From positions 873,393 to 937,392 of the forward strand of contig JAIVFI010000005.1 in NCBI GenBank assembly GCA_025558095.1: a stretch of 64,000 nt of DNA, written 5' to 3'. Positions within the stretch are counted from its first letter, which is position 1, and the number at the start of each line of letters is the position of its first letter. Source of the stretch: Hyaloraphidium curvatum SAG 235-1 (Eukaryota; Fungi; Monoblepharomycota). The translations under genes were made by a program, and so were the position numbers. A model generated the notes under the pieces. The model was not told the DNA's origin, did not search any database, and was given only the letters and a program-made list of their open reading frames with translations. Below are positions 34,582-46,975 of the stretch, one piece after another.

Positions 34582-37470
34582 ATGCGGGGCCTCCACCAGC
34601 CGGGCAGCCGGCCGGCACCCGCCCTCCTCCTTTCCCTCTGTTTGTTTGTTGGGGGCGCGGCGGCGGCGCGCGCGGTGCTGCCGGGCACGAGCGACGCCGC
34701 GGTGGCCGACGTGCCCTCGCAGTGGTCGCTCGTCTACCCGGTGTCGCAGGTGGCCCGCGGCGCGCAGCTGCAGTTCCCCCTGACCGCCGTCGCGGACGGC
34801 GAGCAGCCCGGCCGCGACGTCGCCGTGGGCCGCGCCGCGTGGGGCGTCGCCCGCGTGCCGCCGTCGGGGCCGCTCGCCAACGTCGGGCTGAAGCCGGTGC
34901 CGCTGTTTGCCGCCGGCGTGGCCATCGTGCACCGGCTGCCCATCAGCGGCCTGCTGAACCTGTCGCAGGACGCGCTGGTGGCCATGTTCGATGGCAGCCT
35001 GGGGGGGTGGGCGGACGAGCGGATCGCCAGGCACAACCCGGGGCTGTCTGCGATTGCCGCCTCCGCCGGACCACCCGTGCTGGTGGCTCCCGGGGAGCCC
35101 GTTTCGGGCCTGACCTTCGCCCTGACCTCGGCGCTGGCCAAAATGTCGCCGGCCTGGGCTTCCTCCCTCGGCGTATTTTCCGATGCCTCCAAATTCCCAA
35201 TACCCTCGGCGAACCGCTCCATCGGCCCCGAAGCCACGGTGCCGCAGCGCGTGTTCGCCACCGACTGGTCCTACGGCCTCGTCGACTACGCCACCGCCCG
35301 CGCCTTCGGCCTCCCGTTCGCCGCCGTGCAGAACGCCGCGGGCACCTTCGTCCCCCCCTCGGTCGACTCGATCCGCGCCGCCGCCTCCGCTGCCTACGCC
35401 TCCTCTCCTCCCGCCGACTCCCCCATCGCGGACGCGGGCAACGCCCCCGGCCCGTCGAGCTACCCCCTCGCCGGCACCGCCTCTCTGCTCCTCCGGGAGG
35501 GCAACCCCCCGGACTGCCGGCAGGCCTACGAGGCCGTGCGCTTCGCTTACTGGACCCTGCGCGACCCGGACGCGCTCGCGATCCTCCGCAACCGGGGTTT
35601 CGCGGATTTCCCGGCGCTGGCGGCGGCGGGGGAACGGGCGCTCGGCACGGTCCGGTGCACCAACGGGATCGCGATACTGCCGCAGGTCCAGGCCGACATC
35701 GCCTACGAGCAGAGCTCCGTGCGCGACAGGGTGTTCTTGATCTGCGTGTGCGTGGCCGCGGGGACGGTGCTCCTCGTGGCGCTGGGGTCGTGGCTGTGGT
35801 TCCGCCATCAAGACGGGGTGAGGAGGGAGGAGATCAAGGACAGCAAGCGGACGCTGGTCAGACTGCCGGCCGAGGTGGTCGAGCGCTCGCAGAGGGAGCT
35901 GAACGACAAGGTCAACGTGCCGGTGCTCGAGGCCGCCGAGAAGCCGGCGGTCGGGCCGACCGGCGCGGCGATCCCCGTGCCCGCGGACCCCGTCTGGCAG
36001 GCCCGCATCATCCGCACCCTCGGCGGCAAGGTCCGCGCCGTCTTCGGCCCGGCCCCGTACGACTCGCTGGTCTGGAAGCCGGGGATGCTGCACGCGCTCC
36101 GCCCCGCGAGCATCGGCGACACTCTCACGCGCGCCGGCCGCGCGCGGAGGATGTCGTCCGCGGCCGCGGGGGCGCCGAGGGACGAGAAGGGGAGGGTGGT
36201 GCAGGTCGCCGCGCCCTTGGCCGTCCGGCCCTTCTGGCAGGCTTCGTACCTCTCCCACGTGCTGGTCACGCTCCTGCGCACGCTGATGGACGCCGCGGGG
36301 CTGGCATTGAACTGGGTAGCGCTGTACTCGTTGCCCGAAGGGGTGACCCTCGCCACGGCCTACGGCGCGCTGTGCGTGATCGGCTCGGTGCTCTTTGTCG
36401 CGCACGCGGCCACGCTCTGGGCGGCGGCGATGGCGAGCCGGAGGGAGGACGTGGACATTTCCAGAGCCACGCTGCGGGGCAAGGAGAGGGTGATGCGGCA
36501 CACCCTCGCGTTTTTGAAGGCGGAGCTGAGGAGGGTGAAGCTGGCGTGCGTGCGTGAGGGCGTCAGCCGGACGTCCATGGTGGGTCGCCGCCCCTTCCGG
36601 AGGACCCGGTCGACTCGCTGACCCGGCCCGGTCCAGCTCCTCCGCGAGATACCCTTTATCGCCGTCACCGCCGTCCTCATGATCGACTCGGCCTTTGTCG
36701 ACCCGTTCGTGCTGCTGGGCCTGTGCGGAAACTGCGTCTCGCTGGGGTTCAAGGCGAGGTCGCTCCCCATGTCGCTGGAGGACTTCCGCGCGCTGGGGGA
36801 TCTGAGGGACCTGTACGGGATACTGGCACGGGCCGAGGGGGGGGCGGGGGACGGCGTGGTGCCCCCGGATGGCGATGGCGAGGCGGAGGAGGGCAAGAAG
36901 GGTGGGGGCGAAGGGGCTGCGGGGGTTGGGGAGCGGGAGGACGGGGACTCGGATGCCGGCGGGGAGGCGGGGGAGCTGGAGGTGGACGACGGGACTCTCC
37001 GATCGACCGCCCAGGGCTCGGGGTATCCGGCGCACGAAGCGGAGCTGCTGCCTTCGGTGGCCGATGCCGCGCTTCCTCCGCCTTCTTCAGACGGGGAGCT
37101 GGATCGTTTGGACGATGCCGAGCCCCGGGACGCCGTGTCGGCTGAAGCGGTTCCGCACGAGACGCATGGTTCCGCGGCGCCTGCCGATCGCCACGTCACC
37201 TACGCCGGGCTCGACGCCTCTGACACCATCCCACCTCCTGACAGCCCCGAGGACCCCAGCACCGCCGTCAACTCCCCCAAGCCCGCCGCTCCCGACCTGA
37301 CCGCGGACGCGGATACCCTTCTCGCCGATCTCGACGGCCCTCCGGCCCTGGGACCCGCAAGCAAGCTAGCGCAGCTGGACGATCGGCGGAAGGACGCCCG
37401 CGCGTACGGCGTGGAGCTGTACGCGAGGATGCTGGGAAGAAGGGAGGCCGCATCTCGCGGCGGAACGTGA
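34582..37470 (+). CDS. Receptor-like protein: signal peptide, PstS-like (PBP type 2) ectodomain, multi-TM C-terminus; 1 intron near 36580-36635
   Basis: PLFAAGVAIVH..LNLSQDALVAMFDG..WADERIARHNP, SGLTFALTSAL, VQNAAGTFVPPS, NAPGPSSYPLAG follow PstS; TM VFLICVCVAAGTVLLVALGSWLWF plus further TMs. Confidence 0.7.
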
Positions 37471-39066
37471 TGCAAACTGGGACTGCAACGGACTTGCATG
37501 CTGATATTGATCATGATGTATTCTCTTCGCTTTTCAGCGTTAGAGCCGAACTGTCTTTTGTTTGGGTCCGTGCCGGTTTGCGAGGTTAATGAAGTTCGGA
37601 CTGCCCCGTCACCGCTGCCCCCTGAGCCCGTACCGCTCCAAGCGCCTGCCTTGGGTCTGAGACCCCTGCGCGACGTTACACCGTGAAGGGCGGTAGACGA
37701 AGTCCTCCCGCGGGGGGAACCGGCCTTCGGCGCGGCCGACAAGGCTGGTTCCAGTTGAAGCAAGCGTAGGTTGCCGTCGGCCGTCCGCCCAGACTTTTGT
37801 CCCTTCCCGGGACGTTCGCGAATGGCAGCGGACGGTGGATGGAGGGACGGTAGCGCGCTCCCGGGGCGAGATTGTCGTCTCCGAGGTCATCGTCCCTGGA
37901 ACTGGGGCGGGGGCGAGCGGCGCCGGGGCGCTCTGCGGGTCCGCCGGCGTCCAGGGATCCCGGCAACCCAGGGAAAGCAGGTACCGTCACCGCTAACCCA
38001 CTTCTATTCCAACAAGATCGGGTTGGCCCGAGGACGAGGCTCTGGACGACGGGGACCAAGCCGGTGGCTCAACGGACCTTCGCCGCCGTTGGCAGTGCCC
38101 ATCCGGAAAGGCCGGAGTTACCGCCGCCGGCACTGAGCCGCAGCGCTAGCATGACCTCGAACTGCGGGCCTGGAGAGACGCGGACCGGCTCGACGGGGCC
38201 TCCTTGGGAAGCCTCCGTGAGCCAACGCACGGTGTCCTTCCAGCGCTAGCTCCTTTCGCACTCGGAGGAGGAGCTGGCTCGGACATACGCCACAATTCGG
38301 AGCTGCCGACCAGAGAACAGCAGGATCAGAGCTCATGGGACGGGGTCCGCGTGGAGCAAGCAGATCGGAGCTGGTGGGACGGGCGCCGCCGCCGGGGGCG
38401 TCGCGGGAAGCCCCGCACAAGCTTCGTGGCAGCCCTCCCTCCAGCGCGCGGGAAGTCCACTTTCGGGGAGCCCGGGGACACCTACAGACAGACCGGAGCC
38501 CCTTGGTTCCTGCTCGTTGTCAGCGTTGTCCTGGCGCGGAGCTGTGCATTCTGGCCTGCCCGATAATCCAGGACCGTGGACGGGGCGACGACACGGTTAG
38601 GTTAAGGCCCGGCAACGGGAAGCAGCCAGCGCCGAGCTCGTCATCCTAGTCGTCGCGACAACCGAGTATCCGTCCGTTATTCGGAAGATCCAGCATGACG
38701 ACGAGGTGCGGGGAGGCCGAAGGACTGGGCGCCTCAGATAAAACCATCCGGCGCAGGATGGTGCCAATTGGTTGAGCAGTTTGGGGTGTCTACTTGGTCG
38801 TCGCTCTGGAAATGGTGGGAAAAGGCAGCCTTGAATTGGATCGGCCGCCAACTGGCGCCTCGTATTGCTCAATGTACATCCGATGCTCCAATCAAGGGCT
38901 AACCGAAGACCCTGCTCCGGACCCCGAATAAGTACACCTCCGAACTTGAGGGGCCAGTAATTGGATCTGTCTGCGGAAGGGGGAAGGAGGTGAGCTTCCG
39001 TCGAGGCCACTGCTGCGCTCTGGCAAGGAACCTTTAGCCCGCGGGAAGCCGCGGCTGCAACGGGGC

Positions 39067-39593
39067 CTAGGCCGGAATGACGGGGCAGGCCCCGCCACCA
39101 ACAACGAGGACCGTGTTGTCCGGATTCGGGGGGGCGACCGGGCACGCGAGGGCGCAGGTGCAGGTGTTCGGGGCGACGGTGAGCAGGGTGGCGTACGGCA
39201 TGATTGGCAGCTGCGATGCGCACTGCGCGGCGCAGCTGTCGGGCGTAAAGTTGATCCCCGGTTGGGCGACGCCGGGACACATGCGGGTGGCGCAGGTTGT
39301 ATAGACCGGGCCGTAGCGGCGGTACAGGTGCTTGCTGCTGCCGTAGCGCACGCACGCGACGTGGCCGGCGGGGGCGCCTGGGAACGCGAACTCGCTACGG
39401 TAGGAGCGCTCAGCGCAGGGTACGACGGGAGCGGGGGGCTCGGATCCCACCAGAAGTAGGCCTGCTCGCACTCGGAGCACGAGCGACGGAACACCGGGGC
39501 TACCGCTGGCGCGGGCGACGCCGCGGCACCGGCGACGAGGAGGAGCACTGCGGCGACCGCGATAGGCAGCAGGGGGCGCACCGGGCGAGGCAT
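39067..39593 (-). CDS. Secreted Cys-rich protein, family copy D (WSC-like tail)
   Basis: Signal MPRPVRPLLPIAVAAVLLLVAGAAA; VFRRSCSECEQAYFC^EFAFPGAPAGHVACVRYGSSKHLYRRYGPVYTTC...FTPDSCAAQC...YA...NTCTC. Confidence 0.75.
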
Positions 39594-40535
39594 TATTGTC
39601 ACCGGGAGGAGGAGCGATGGGTAGGGGAATGGGGATAGGGGTTGTGGGGACTTTCAAGGATCGTCTCCTGGGTTGAGGGACGTTGAGGGACGTGCCCTCG
39701 ATCCATCTCCGCGGATTGCTTACACTCTGCGGCCACCTGAAACTCATGGGCGAGTGCATTGGACCGCGTGCGGCGGCGCCGGCGGCGCGGCGCGCGTCTC
39801 GCCGTCGTTCTTCGGCCCGGTCCTCGAAGTCTGTGACGTAATCATAGGGGACGGTCGGATTTGCCCGTCTGACCCGTAGTCGGGAGACCCGTGCACGTCC
39901 GCATCTCGACTCGCGCAAACCACTTCACCAGATTAGGTGACGTGACGGACCGGCCGAAGTTCCGCCCGTCGGGTTCCCGCAATGAGTTCTCAAGGGCCGG
40001 AGCTCACAGGCGATTTCGTTGCCATCCTGCGAATGCGTGCAGCTCCCGGCAGCAAAGGGCTTGAACGGACGACACCGCGGCGCGGCAAGTTATATGGGGA
40101 ACACGGGCGGTGAGCGGACTCCTCACTTGGTTGTCTGACAGGCCGACACAACTTTGACTTTGTCGGTGCGGTACGAGCACAATCACTGCAGTGAAGGGCA
40201 AGGTAGGGACTCGGAAGTCAAGTCGCGGCTCGTAGTCTTTAATTGGTGGCATCCGTGGCGGTTCGAATAGGCCGCGATAATCGGCCACGTCATCCCGCCC
40301 GGGTGGACACGGCAACCTGAAACAAGAAGAGTTCCCACCCGTCTCATTTCCTCCGGGGCTATTAACATTGAACGACAGTTCGGACTTTGGGAAAGGAGAG
40401 GCAGATGTGGCCCCGCGGTTGGCTGATCGAATCTCCCGACGAGGGATGAGTCTGCAGCCTTCTGCAGAGGAGAAACACTCGCGACATCCCGCAAGTCCCT
40501 TCCCTGTCTCCCCTTCGGCCCTCGACCGCGCCAGA

Positions 40536-42290
40536 ATGGCCTCCCACGGCGGCGCTCACCCGTCCTCCCTCATCGCAGACTACGTCGTGGTCGGCGCGGG
40601 CGCGATGGGTCTTGCTTTCGCCGACGCGCTGCTCTCCGAGTCGCCGACCGCAACCGTCGTGCTCGTCGAGCGGAACGACCGCCCGGGCGGCCACTGGCAG
40701 GTGCAAAGTCGATCAGCTGCTTCGAAAAGCTCTTTTGACGCGTCGGTGGCCCGACAGTCCGCGTATCCCTTCGTCCGGCTGCACCAACCCGCCCAGGTGA
40801 TCCCCGCAAAGAGCGCGTCGCGCCGCCCCCCGCTGACCGCCCGAAACAGATATACGGCGTCAACTCCATAGAGCTCGCCCGCGGCACCGTCGACTCCTCC
40901 GGCCCCAACGCCGGCCTCGAGTCGCTCAGCACGGGCCACGAGCTTCGCGGGTACTGGGAGCGCGTGGTCGACGAGGGGCTGCTGCAGACGGGGCGGTGCA
41001 CGGCGTTATTTTCGCACGATTACGACTTTGCGACGTGCAGGGCGAGGAGCTTGGTGACGGGGGAGAGCGTTGAGATCAAGGCGGCCAAGGTGGTGGACGC
41101 GTCCTACTAGTGAGCAGGCTCTCGACGCGTTTCGCCGCGTTTGAGCCTGAGCGTTCGCGTCGCCAGCACAACGGTGACCTCGGCCATGAAGCCCCCCTCC
41201 TTCACCGTCGCCCCCGACGTCACCTGCATCCCCCCCAACGAGCTCCCGCGCGAAGCCTCCGTCTCTCCCCCGCACTTCTGCGTCATCGGCGGCGGCAAGA
41301 CCGCCATCGACTCGGTGTGCTGGCTACGCTCGCGCGGCGTGGCCCCGGCCAAGATCACTTGGACGTTCCCGCGCGACTCGTGGTTCATCTGCCGGGAGGC
41401 GCTGCAGGTGCAGCAGAACATCGCGGAGACGATGAAGAGGCAAGGTCTGGCGGGGCCGGCGATCGCGGCGTGTGCGAGTGCGGCCGAGTGCCTGGAGAAG
41501 ATGGACGAGATCGGGGTGCTCGCCAGGCTGGCTCCGGACATCGTGCCGTCCATGTACCACTGGTGTGTGGTGCCGCTCCCCCAACTGCCACGCTCACACA
41601 TTGACTCACTTCGAAACAGCGCCTGTGTCAGTTCCGGCGAGCTCACCCTCCTCCGCTCCGTCACCGACGTCGTCCGCGGGACGAAGGTCGCCGCACTCAC
41701 CCCGACCTCGATCAGGTTCGAGGACGGCCGGGAGAAAGAGCTTCCTGCCGGCACGGTGTTCGTGGACTGCACTGCGCAGACGCTTGCCCCGCGGCCCAAG
41801 GTGCCGGTGTTTCAAGGTGGTAAGATCGTGCTGCAGCCCGTATCGGGATGCCAGGTGAGATTCTTCGCGGCCTTCGTGTGATACTGATAATCCATCGTCG
41901 TCGCACGAACAGCAAGTCTTCTCGGCCGCCCTGATCGGCTACCTCGAGGCTCGTGGGGGCACGGACGAGACCAAGAACGCCCTCTGCGGGCCGGTGCCGC
42001 ACCCCGAGGTCCCTCTGGACTTCCTCCGCATCCGGCGGGAAGGCAACGCCAACCTCGTCGCATGTACGTCGGCACCCTCCCCCTCCCTGCCCCGCATCTG
42101 ATCTCGTGTTCCAGGGATGCGCGACCCCGCCCTCGTCGTGTGGCTCGGCAAGTCCCGCCTCTTCCTGCTGCGGTACATGTTCCCCTTCCCCGCGGACGAG
42201 GTCGCCGCGGCGGCCTTCGGGCCCGCGGTGGCCGCGGCACTGGAGGCTGAGCTGCCCAAGCTGGACGAGCTGATGGCGGGGGGCCTGTGA
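40536..42290 (+). CDS. FAD/NAD(P)-dependent oxidoreductase, bacterial-type family, about 6 introns
   Basis: DYVVVGAGAMGLAFAD, VERNDRPGGHW, YPFVRLHQP, YGVNS, VVDASY, VIGGGKTAID, PRDSW, FVDCTA; stop TGA at 42288-42290. Confidence 0.8.
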
Positions 42291-42663
42291 TGCGTGACGG
42301 AGGTTGTTCTCGGGGGATATTGACTGTCATGTCGAGTATGCCGTATTCGCATTGCGCGAAGCTCTATGGATTGCGCGAACCACTTCTTCGAGGCACTTTC
42401 CCGGACTTGCCTTACGGAACCGCGCGCTCGCCAGTCCTCGGCGGAAGGGGCTCCGGGCCGATATTGGGGCGCGGAGGATCGCGTCACCCGCGGCAATCGC
42501 TTCCACGCCTCAATTGTTAGGGGATCCAGCGTTGCCGAAAACCGACCCCTCAGATGACCCAACGCCATGTTTCATGACGCCGGCCAAATGTGCGCAGAAG
42601 GGCCCTGAAAGGGTCCTCCACCCCGCCCGCCCACGATCATCTCCCCCACCGCCCGCCCGCACC

Positions 42664-43003
42664 ATGTCCGATTTGGCGCAACAGTTCGAGCAGGCCGTGG
42701 AGGCCATGAAGTCGCGCACGACGGCCCGGGTCGAGGTGGTTGCCGCCGCCGCCCGAGCTCGACCACGCGCGTGCTCACAACCGACCCGCGGCGCCGGCCC
42801 AGGCGGTGAACAACGACGACCTGCAGGAGCTATATGGGCTATACAAGCAGGCCACCGTCGGGGACATTAACAGCGCGCGGCCGACGGGCTTTCACGACTA
42901 CACCGGCAAGGCCAAGTGGGACGCCTGGAACAAGAACAAGGGCATGTCCAAGGAGGATGCTCAGCGGGCATATGTGGACTACACCGCCAGGTTCAGGTAC
43001 TAG
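42664..43003 (+). CDS. ACB1: Acyl-CoA-binding protein (1 intron)
   Basis: FEQAVE / [18 protein letters not shown]...[24 protein letters not shown]. Confidence 0.92.
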
Positions 43004-43554
43004 GGCCGGCTACGGCGGGTCTTTGTTGGCCGTGCTGGTGGGTGTCCGCAAGATGGGGCCGGGGCGGGGAAGGAGGGGACGAGTCCTCACGTCGGCGATG
43101 CAGGTCGACGGAGCTTTCTCTTCCTTGAGACTTTCTTGTGAAGGTGGCCACGGCTACCTTAAAGATGGCAGAATGACGCAACTTCTAGTCGGTGACGTCG
43201 CTTGACTTGATCCGGGTCAGCATTGACTTCAGGGACTCGTAGTTTGATTCCTTTCATCCTCGATGAAGGGCCCAATGAAGCTGACGGGGCTGCTCCTTGT
43301 CCGCCGCGGACGTGGGGCGCGTTGGGACGACACACGGGCACGGAGCTCGATGGATACCACGCGGTAGCTTCGGCCGCGGGCAGCCCTTGGGCGTCATTTC
43401 AGCAGCTCGAAATCTGCACGCCCCACGATTCCGTCTTTCTTGCATCGCGCGAGAGGCGAAATGATTGCCGGGGGATTGCCTGGGCTTGCCGCGCTACGCC
43501 GCGCGCTCTTTCCTGTTTCCGCGATCCAACCAACTCCCTCCTCCGTCCGCCGTG

Positions 43555-44367
43555 ATGCCGCCTCCGAACCCGCGCGACCTGCTGATCTTCTCAACCGCGG
43601 CGCAACTCGCCTCCCTCGGCCGCGCCGCCGAGGCCCGCTCGGCGCTGGACTCGCTCGACGCGTCGCTGGCCGCGGACCCGGACCCGCCGCTGGAACTCCG
43701 CGCGGCGGTCAGGGCGATGCGCGCCGAGGTGCTTCTGGCGATGGGCGAGTTTGGGCTGGCGATGGGCGTGCTCGATGGGCTGCTGGCGGAGGACGGGCAC
43801 GGCGTCGGCGCTGTTGGGAGGGAGCGGCTGCGGTTCCAGAGGGGCTGCGCGGCGTACGCGCTTTCGAAGCTGGGCGACGTCGACGATTCCGTGCTCGAAA
43901 CCGCGGTGGAGGACTTCGACGCGGTGCTGGGGCCCAGGCAGGACCGCCAGGTGGAGGGGCTGGCGGCGGCGCTGGCCGGATTGTCGGCCGCCGCCGGGTT
44001 CTCCGCCCCGGTGATGGGAATGGGCGGTCCAATGGGCGCAATGGGACTCGGTGCAGGGATGGGCATGGGAATGGGAATGGACCCCATGTCCGCCGCCATG
44101 GGCTTTCCCGGCGGAGGCGACCCCTTCTCCACCTCGGACCCCTTTGCCCCGCCCTCGTCCCCGGTGTCGGACAGGGAGAGGGTGATGGCAGCCGGTCTGC
44201 GCGGGCTGCTGACGCTCAGGCTGGGGAGGCCCGGTGCGGAGGCGGATCTGAGGACGTTCGCGGGGATGAAGGGGGTGTTTGAGGGCGTAGAGGGGGGCAT
44301 GGGGGGGACCGCGGGGAGGGTGGGGAAGGAGGTGGACGAGGCGCTGGCGCTGATCGGAGGGATGTGA
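43555..44367 (+). CDS. Helical TPR-like protein with Gly/Met-rich insert, intronless
   Basis: LASLGRAAEA, RAEVLLAMGEFGLA, RGCAAYAL, RGLLTLRLG..AEADL repeats; GMGGPMGAMGLGAGMGMGMGM tract. Confidence 0.5.
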   Translation: MPPPNPRDLLIFSTAAQLASLGRAAEARSALDSLDASLAADPDPPLELRAAVRAMRAEVLLAMGEFGLAMGVLDGLLAEDGHGVGAVGRERLRFQRGCAAYALSKLGDVDDSVLETAVEDFDAVLGPRQDRQVEGLAAALAGLSAAAGFSAPVMGMGGPMGAMGLGAGMGMGMGMDPMSAAMGFPGGGDPFSTSDPFAPPSSPVSDRERVMAAGLRGLLTLRLGRPGAEADLRTFAGMKGVFEGVEGGMGGTAGRVGKEVDEALALIGGM

Positions 44368-44538
44368 TGCGTCGATACACCAGCGCTGCTACAATGGAAA
44401 CCTTTGTCTGCTCGGATGCGGACGTCGCGCACGGTCCCATCGATTTTCGTCGCGGCGCCCCTCAAACACGGACGTGACCGACGACGAAAGATCCGATTGA
44501 CCGCCGAAGACCCTCTTCGCGGACTCACATGCGCGCCC

Positions 44539-45137
44539 TCACGTGTCGCAAACGGTGGGCGCCAGGACCGCGGTCTGGGTTTCAAAGATGATGTCCCAGG
44601 AGGTGCAGGTGTCGCGGGTCGTGCACTGCCCGCTACCGAAGAACACGACGGTGCAGCTGCCGGTGCAGAGCGCCTTGCACGCGTCGAGATCCGCTGCCGC
44701 GGCCACGGCGGAGTTGGCGCCGTCCACGCAGACGACTTTGAGCTGGCACGTCTCCCACACGGGTCCTGCGGGGCGCGGCTGGCCAGTAAGCGGGGGAGGG
44801 GCGCGATTGTTGGTATGGCCCACCGTAGCGCCTGTAAAGCCCGGCGCGGTCGCCCCTGCGATGCAGGACACAGGCAACGGAGCCCTCGGGGGCGCCGGGG
44901 TAGCCGTACTCGCTGCGGCGGCGCGGTCAGCGCGGTGAGGGCTGTATGTGATCGCGGCAGTCACCAGAACGACGAGGCGCAGCAATCTCAGCACGAGCGG
45001 CGGAAGAGGACTTGGGGATCGGCGCGGGGGGTGGGGCTGGGGCGGTTCAGCGGCGGCGGAGCGGCGGCGGAGGAGCGGACGCGCCTGGCGACAGCGCTCG
45101 CGGCTAGGGCGACCCTAGGACGTTTACGTGCCTGCAC
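44539..45137 (-). pseudogene. Secreted Cys-rich family copy E; in-frame TGA at 44988-44990, no ATG found; PAN/apple-like tail
   Basis: VLFRRSC*DCCASSFC^EYGYPGAPEGSVACVLHRRGDRAGLYRRYG^PVWETC...DLDACKALCTGSCTVVFF..QC. Confidence 0.65.
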
Positions 45138-46250
45138 TGCTGGTGCTGTTGGTCGAAGAGACGGACCACGAGCACGCGCGCTGGGAGACTAGAAGTGCGT
45201 CCGCGCCAACCGGACTGCAACGCGGTGGCAGCATCGCCGGCTATTGCTCCACAAGCTGGCGAGAAGAACGAAAAGATCGACGACTTTCCGGCAATCAGGG
45301 ACCATCCCAACGGTCCGGCCGCGCGAGGCGCGCCGGCAGCCAAACACCGAGTTGCGTGCTCCTGCTCATAGCCCCATCCGATCTCGTAACCACGGCCGGG
45401 TCCATCGTTGCCCAGAGACCGATGTCAGTGCCCGCCGCACTGATCCGAACGGCGGCGCTGCCCGAGAGGCGGTGCTGCGGGGCTGATCGTGGCCGGCACC
45501 GGTCCGCTTTGTCACTTTGCGATGCGCGAGATCGTTAATGGGCAGTGCCCGCTGGCCGTGGGCTTGCGGATGCTGTCCTCCTGGAGGACCGAGGCGTCCC
45601 TGTTTTCGCTCCCGGTACCCGCGTCCGGGGCAGCGTAGTAGTCTCCTCCGTTGCCGTGCCGTCCGTTCATCGAGTCGCTAAACAGCGCTGGGGACCCAAC
45701 CTTCGGACAACAAAGGTCGCCGCAGGGCGCCAACGCGTCCATCGTCCAATCCCCGCCCGGTCGGCGTCCACTCCGTGCAGACATGGCGCGCACTCCCTGA
45801 AGCGTCCTTCGCGGGCTCTGTTCCAGAAGTGCCGGGGATCAACCCGCTCTTGAAGTTGTGCTGGCGTCGTCCGGCGCGTCCTTTGGGCAAAACGCCGGCA
45901 GAACTCCCAATACATCGTCCGATTAGTGGTTTTGGGAGTCCAAGAAGCCGTCTTGCCCGCGGCACCCCATGGCGGCGCTGCGGCCCAGCACGAGCGTCCC
46001 CGGCCCAGCCTGAGGCCCCGTCCAATCCGGAAGCTCAAATCGCCATCCATCGACCACGGATCGCCTCCGGCTGGATATGCTACGCTGGCGAACACCACAA
46101 TCCAGATGCGGCGCCAGACGGGTGCTGCGTCGTCCGTGCGTGTCACCAGCACAGCTTCAGACCCGGCTCGCTCCATCGGAATCCGTTTCCGATAGCCCAA
46201 CAGCCCCCCCCCCCCCCCGCACCCCCCCCCCCGCAGCGCGCGCCTCCCGC

Positions 46251-46975
46251 TCACAGCCTGAACCCGAACACCGCGATCCCCCTGTAGAACCTGTTTGTAC
46301 CCGCCGCCGCCGCCCACACGATCCACTCCGGCGTCCCCGACCCCCCGTCGGGATCGACCGCCGTGACGATGCTCCCGTTGCTCGCCACGGCGTACAGCAC
46401 CACCCCGCCCGCGGTCTCCCGCGCCGCGAGCGACCGGCACCCGGGGAACCCCGTCCGGATCCACCACGCCAGCGGCCACAGCCCCGTGCCGGCGTACCCG
46501 GCCGGCACGGTGAACTTGAGCAGGCCGCCCATGGGCTGCGCCAGGTCGTTGCACAGGTAGATCGACGCCGTCCCCGTGCGGTTGACCCGCGAAGCCGTGC
46601 GGGCTCGTGGTGTTTGCCAGCCACGAGAAGCCGGCCGTCTGGCCGCGGGGCACGGGGCCGAGGGAGCCGACGCCGAAGAGGCCCGTGATCGAGTTGGAGA
46701 ATTACATCCGGTCCCCGAAGATGCCGAGGTACCGGTACGACGACGGGTTGGTCGTCAGCATCGTGCCGTCCCCCAAGCCGCCCCGGCGGGTGTACACGAG
46801 GCCGTTGGGCGGGCCGCCGCCGATCCAAACGTCCTGGCCCGAGGCGACGGCGGTGCGGACGTCCGTGCCGCTGAAGGCCGTCGTGGTGGTGCTGGTGTCG
46901 ACGTTGCCGGAGGAGTCGATGAGGGCGACGACGCGCCGGGAGAAGGTGGTGTTGGTGGTCCTCGGCGCCCGCGGC
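46251..46975 (-). pseudogene. Beta-propeller-like domain resembling bacterial secreted proteins; in-frame TAA at 46702-46704 and a frameshift near 46588
   Basis: RRVVALIDSSGNVDTST..AFSGTDVRTA..VWIGG..GLVY..RYLGIFGDRM*FS..PHGF / IYLCND..GGLLK..VVLYAV..NRFYRGIAV. Recognised by eye. Confidence 0.5.

Noticed and set aside
34078-37035. 985-aa minus-strand ORF, and similar long ORFs at 32057-34081 (+), 6201-7991 (+), 30611-32035 (+) and 57327-58856 (+)
   Set aside because: Arg/Gly/Pro-rich antisense or off-frame shadows of real genes in ~70% GC DNA, with no motifs. Only the last ~110 codons of the 985-aa ORF are real (first exon of the iGluR-like gene).
38595-38607. ggttaggttaagg as an interstitial telomere
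   Set aside because: Only two imperfect units; compatible with chance.
44988-44990. In-frame TGA within C*DC read as selenocysteine
   Set aside because: It aligns to Ser/Ala, not Cys, in the paralogues. The copy also lacks an ATG and no SECIS was recognised.
46204-46232. Poly-C runs (G-quadruplex potential on the minus strand)
   Set aside because: Homopolymers in GC-rich DNA downstream of a pseudogene, with no supporting context and unreliable lengths.
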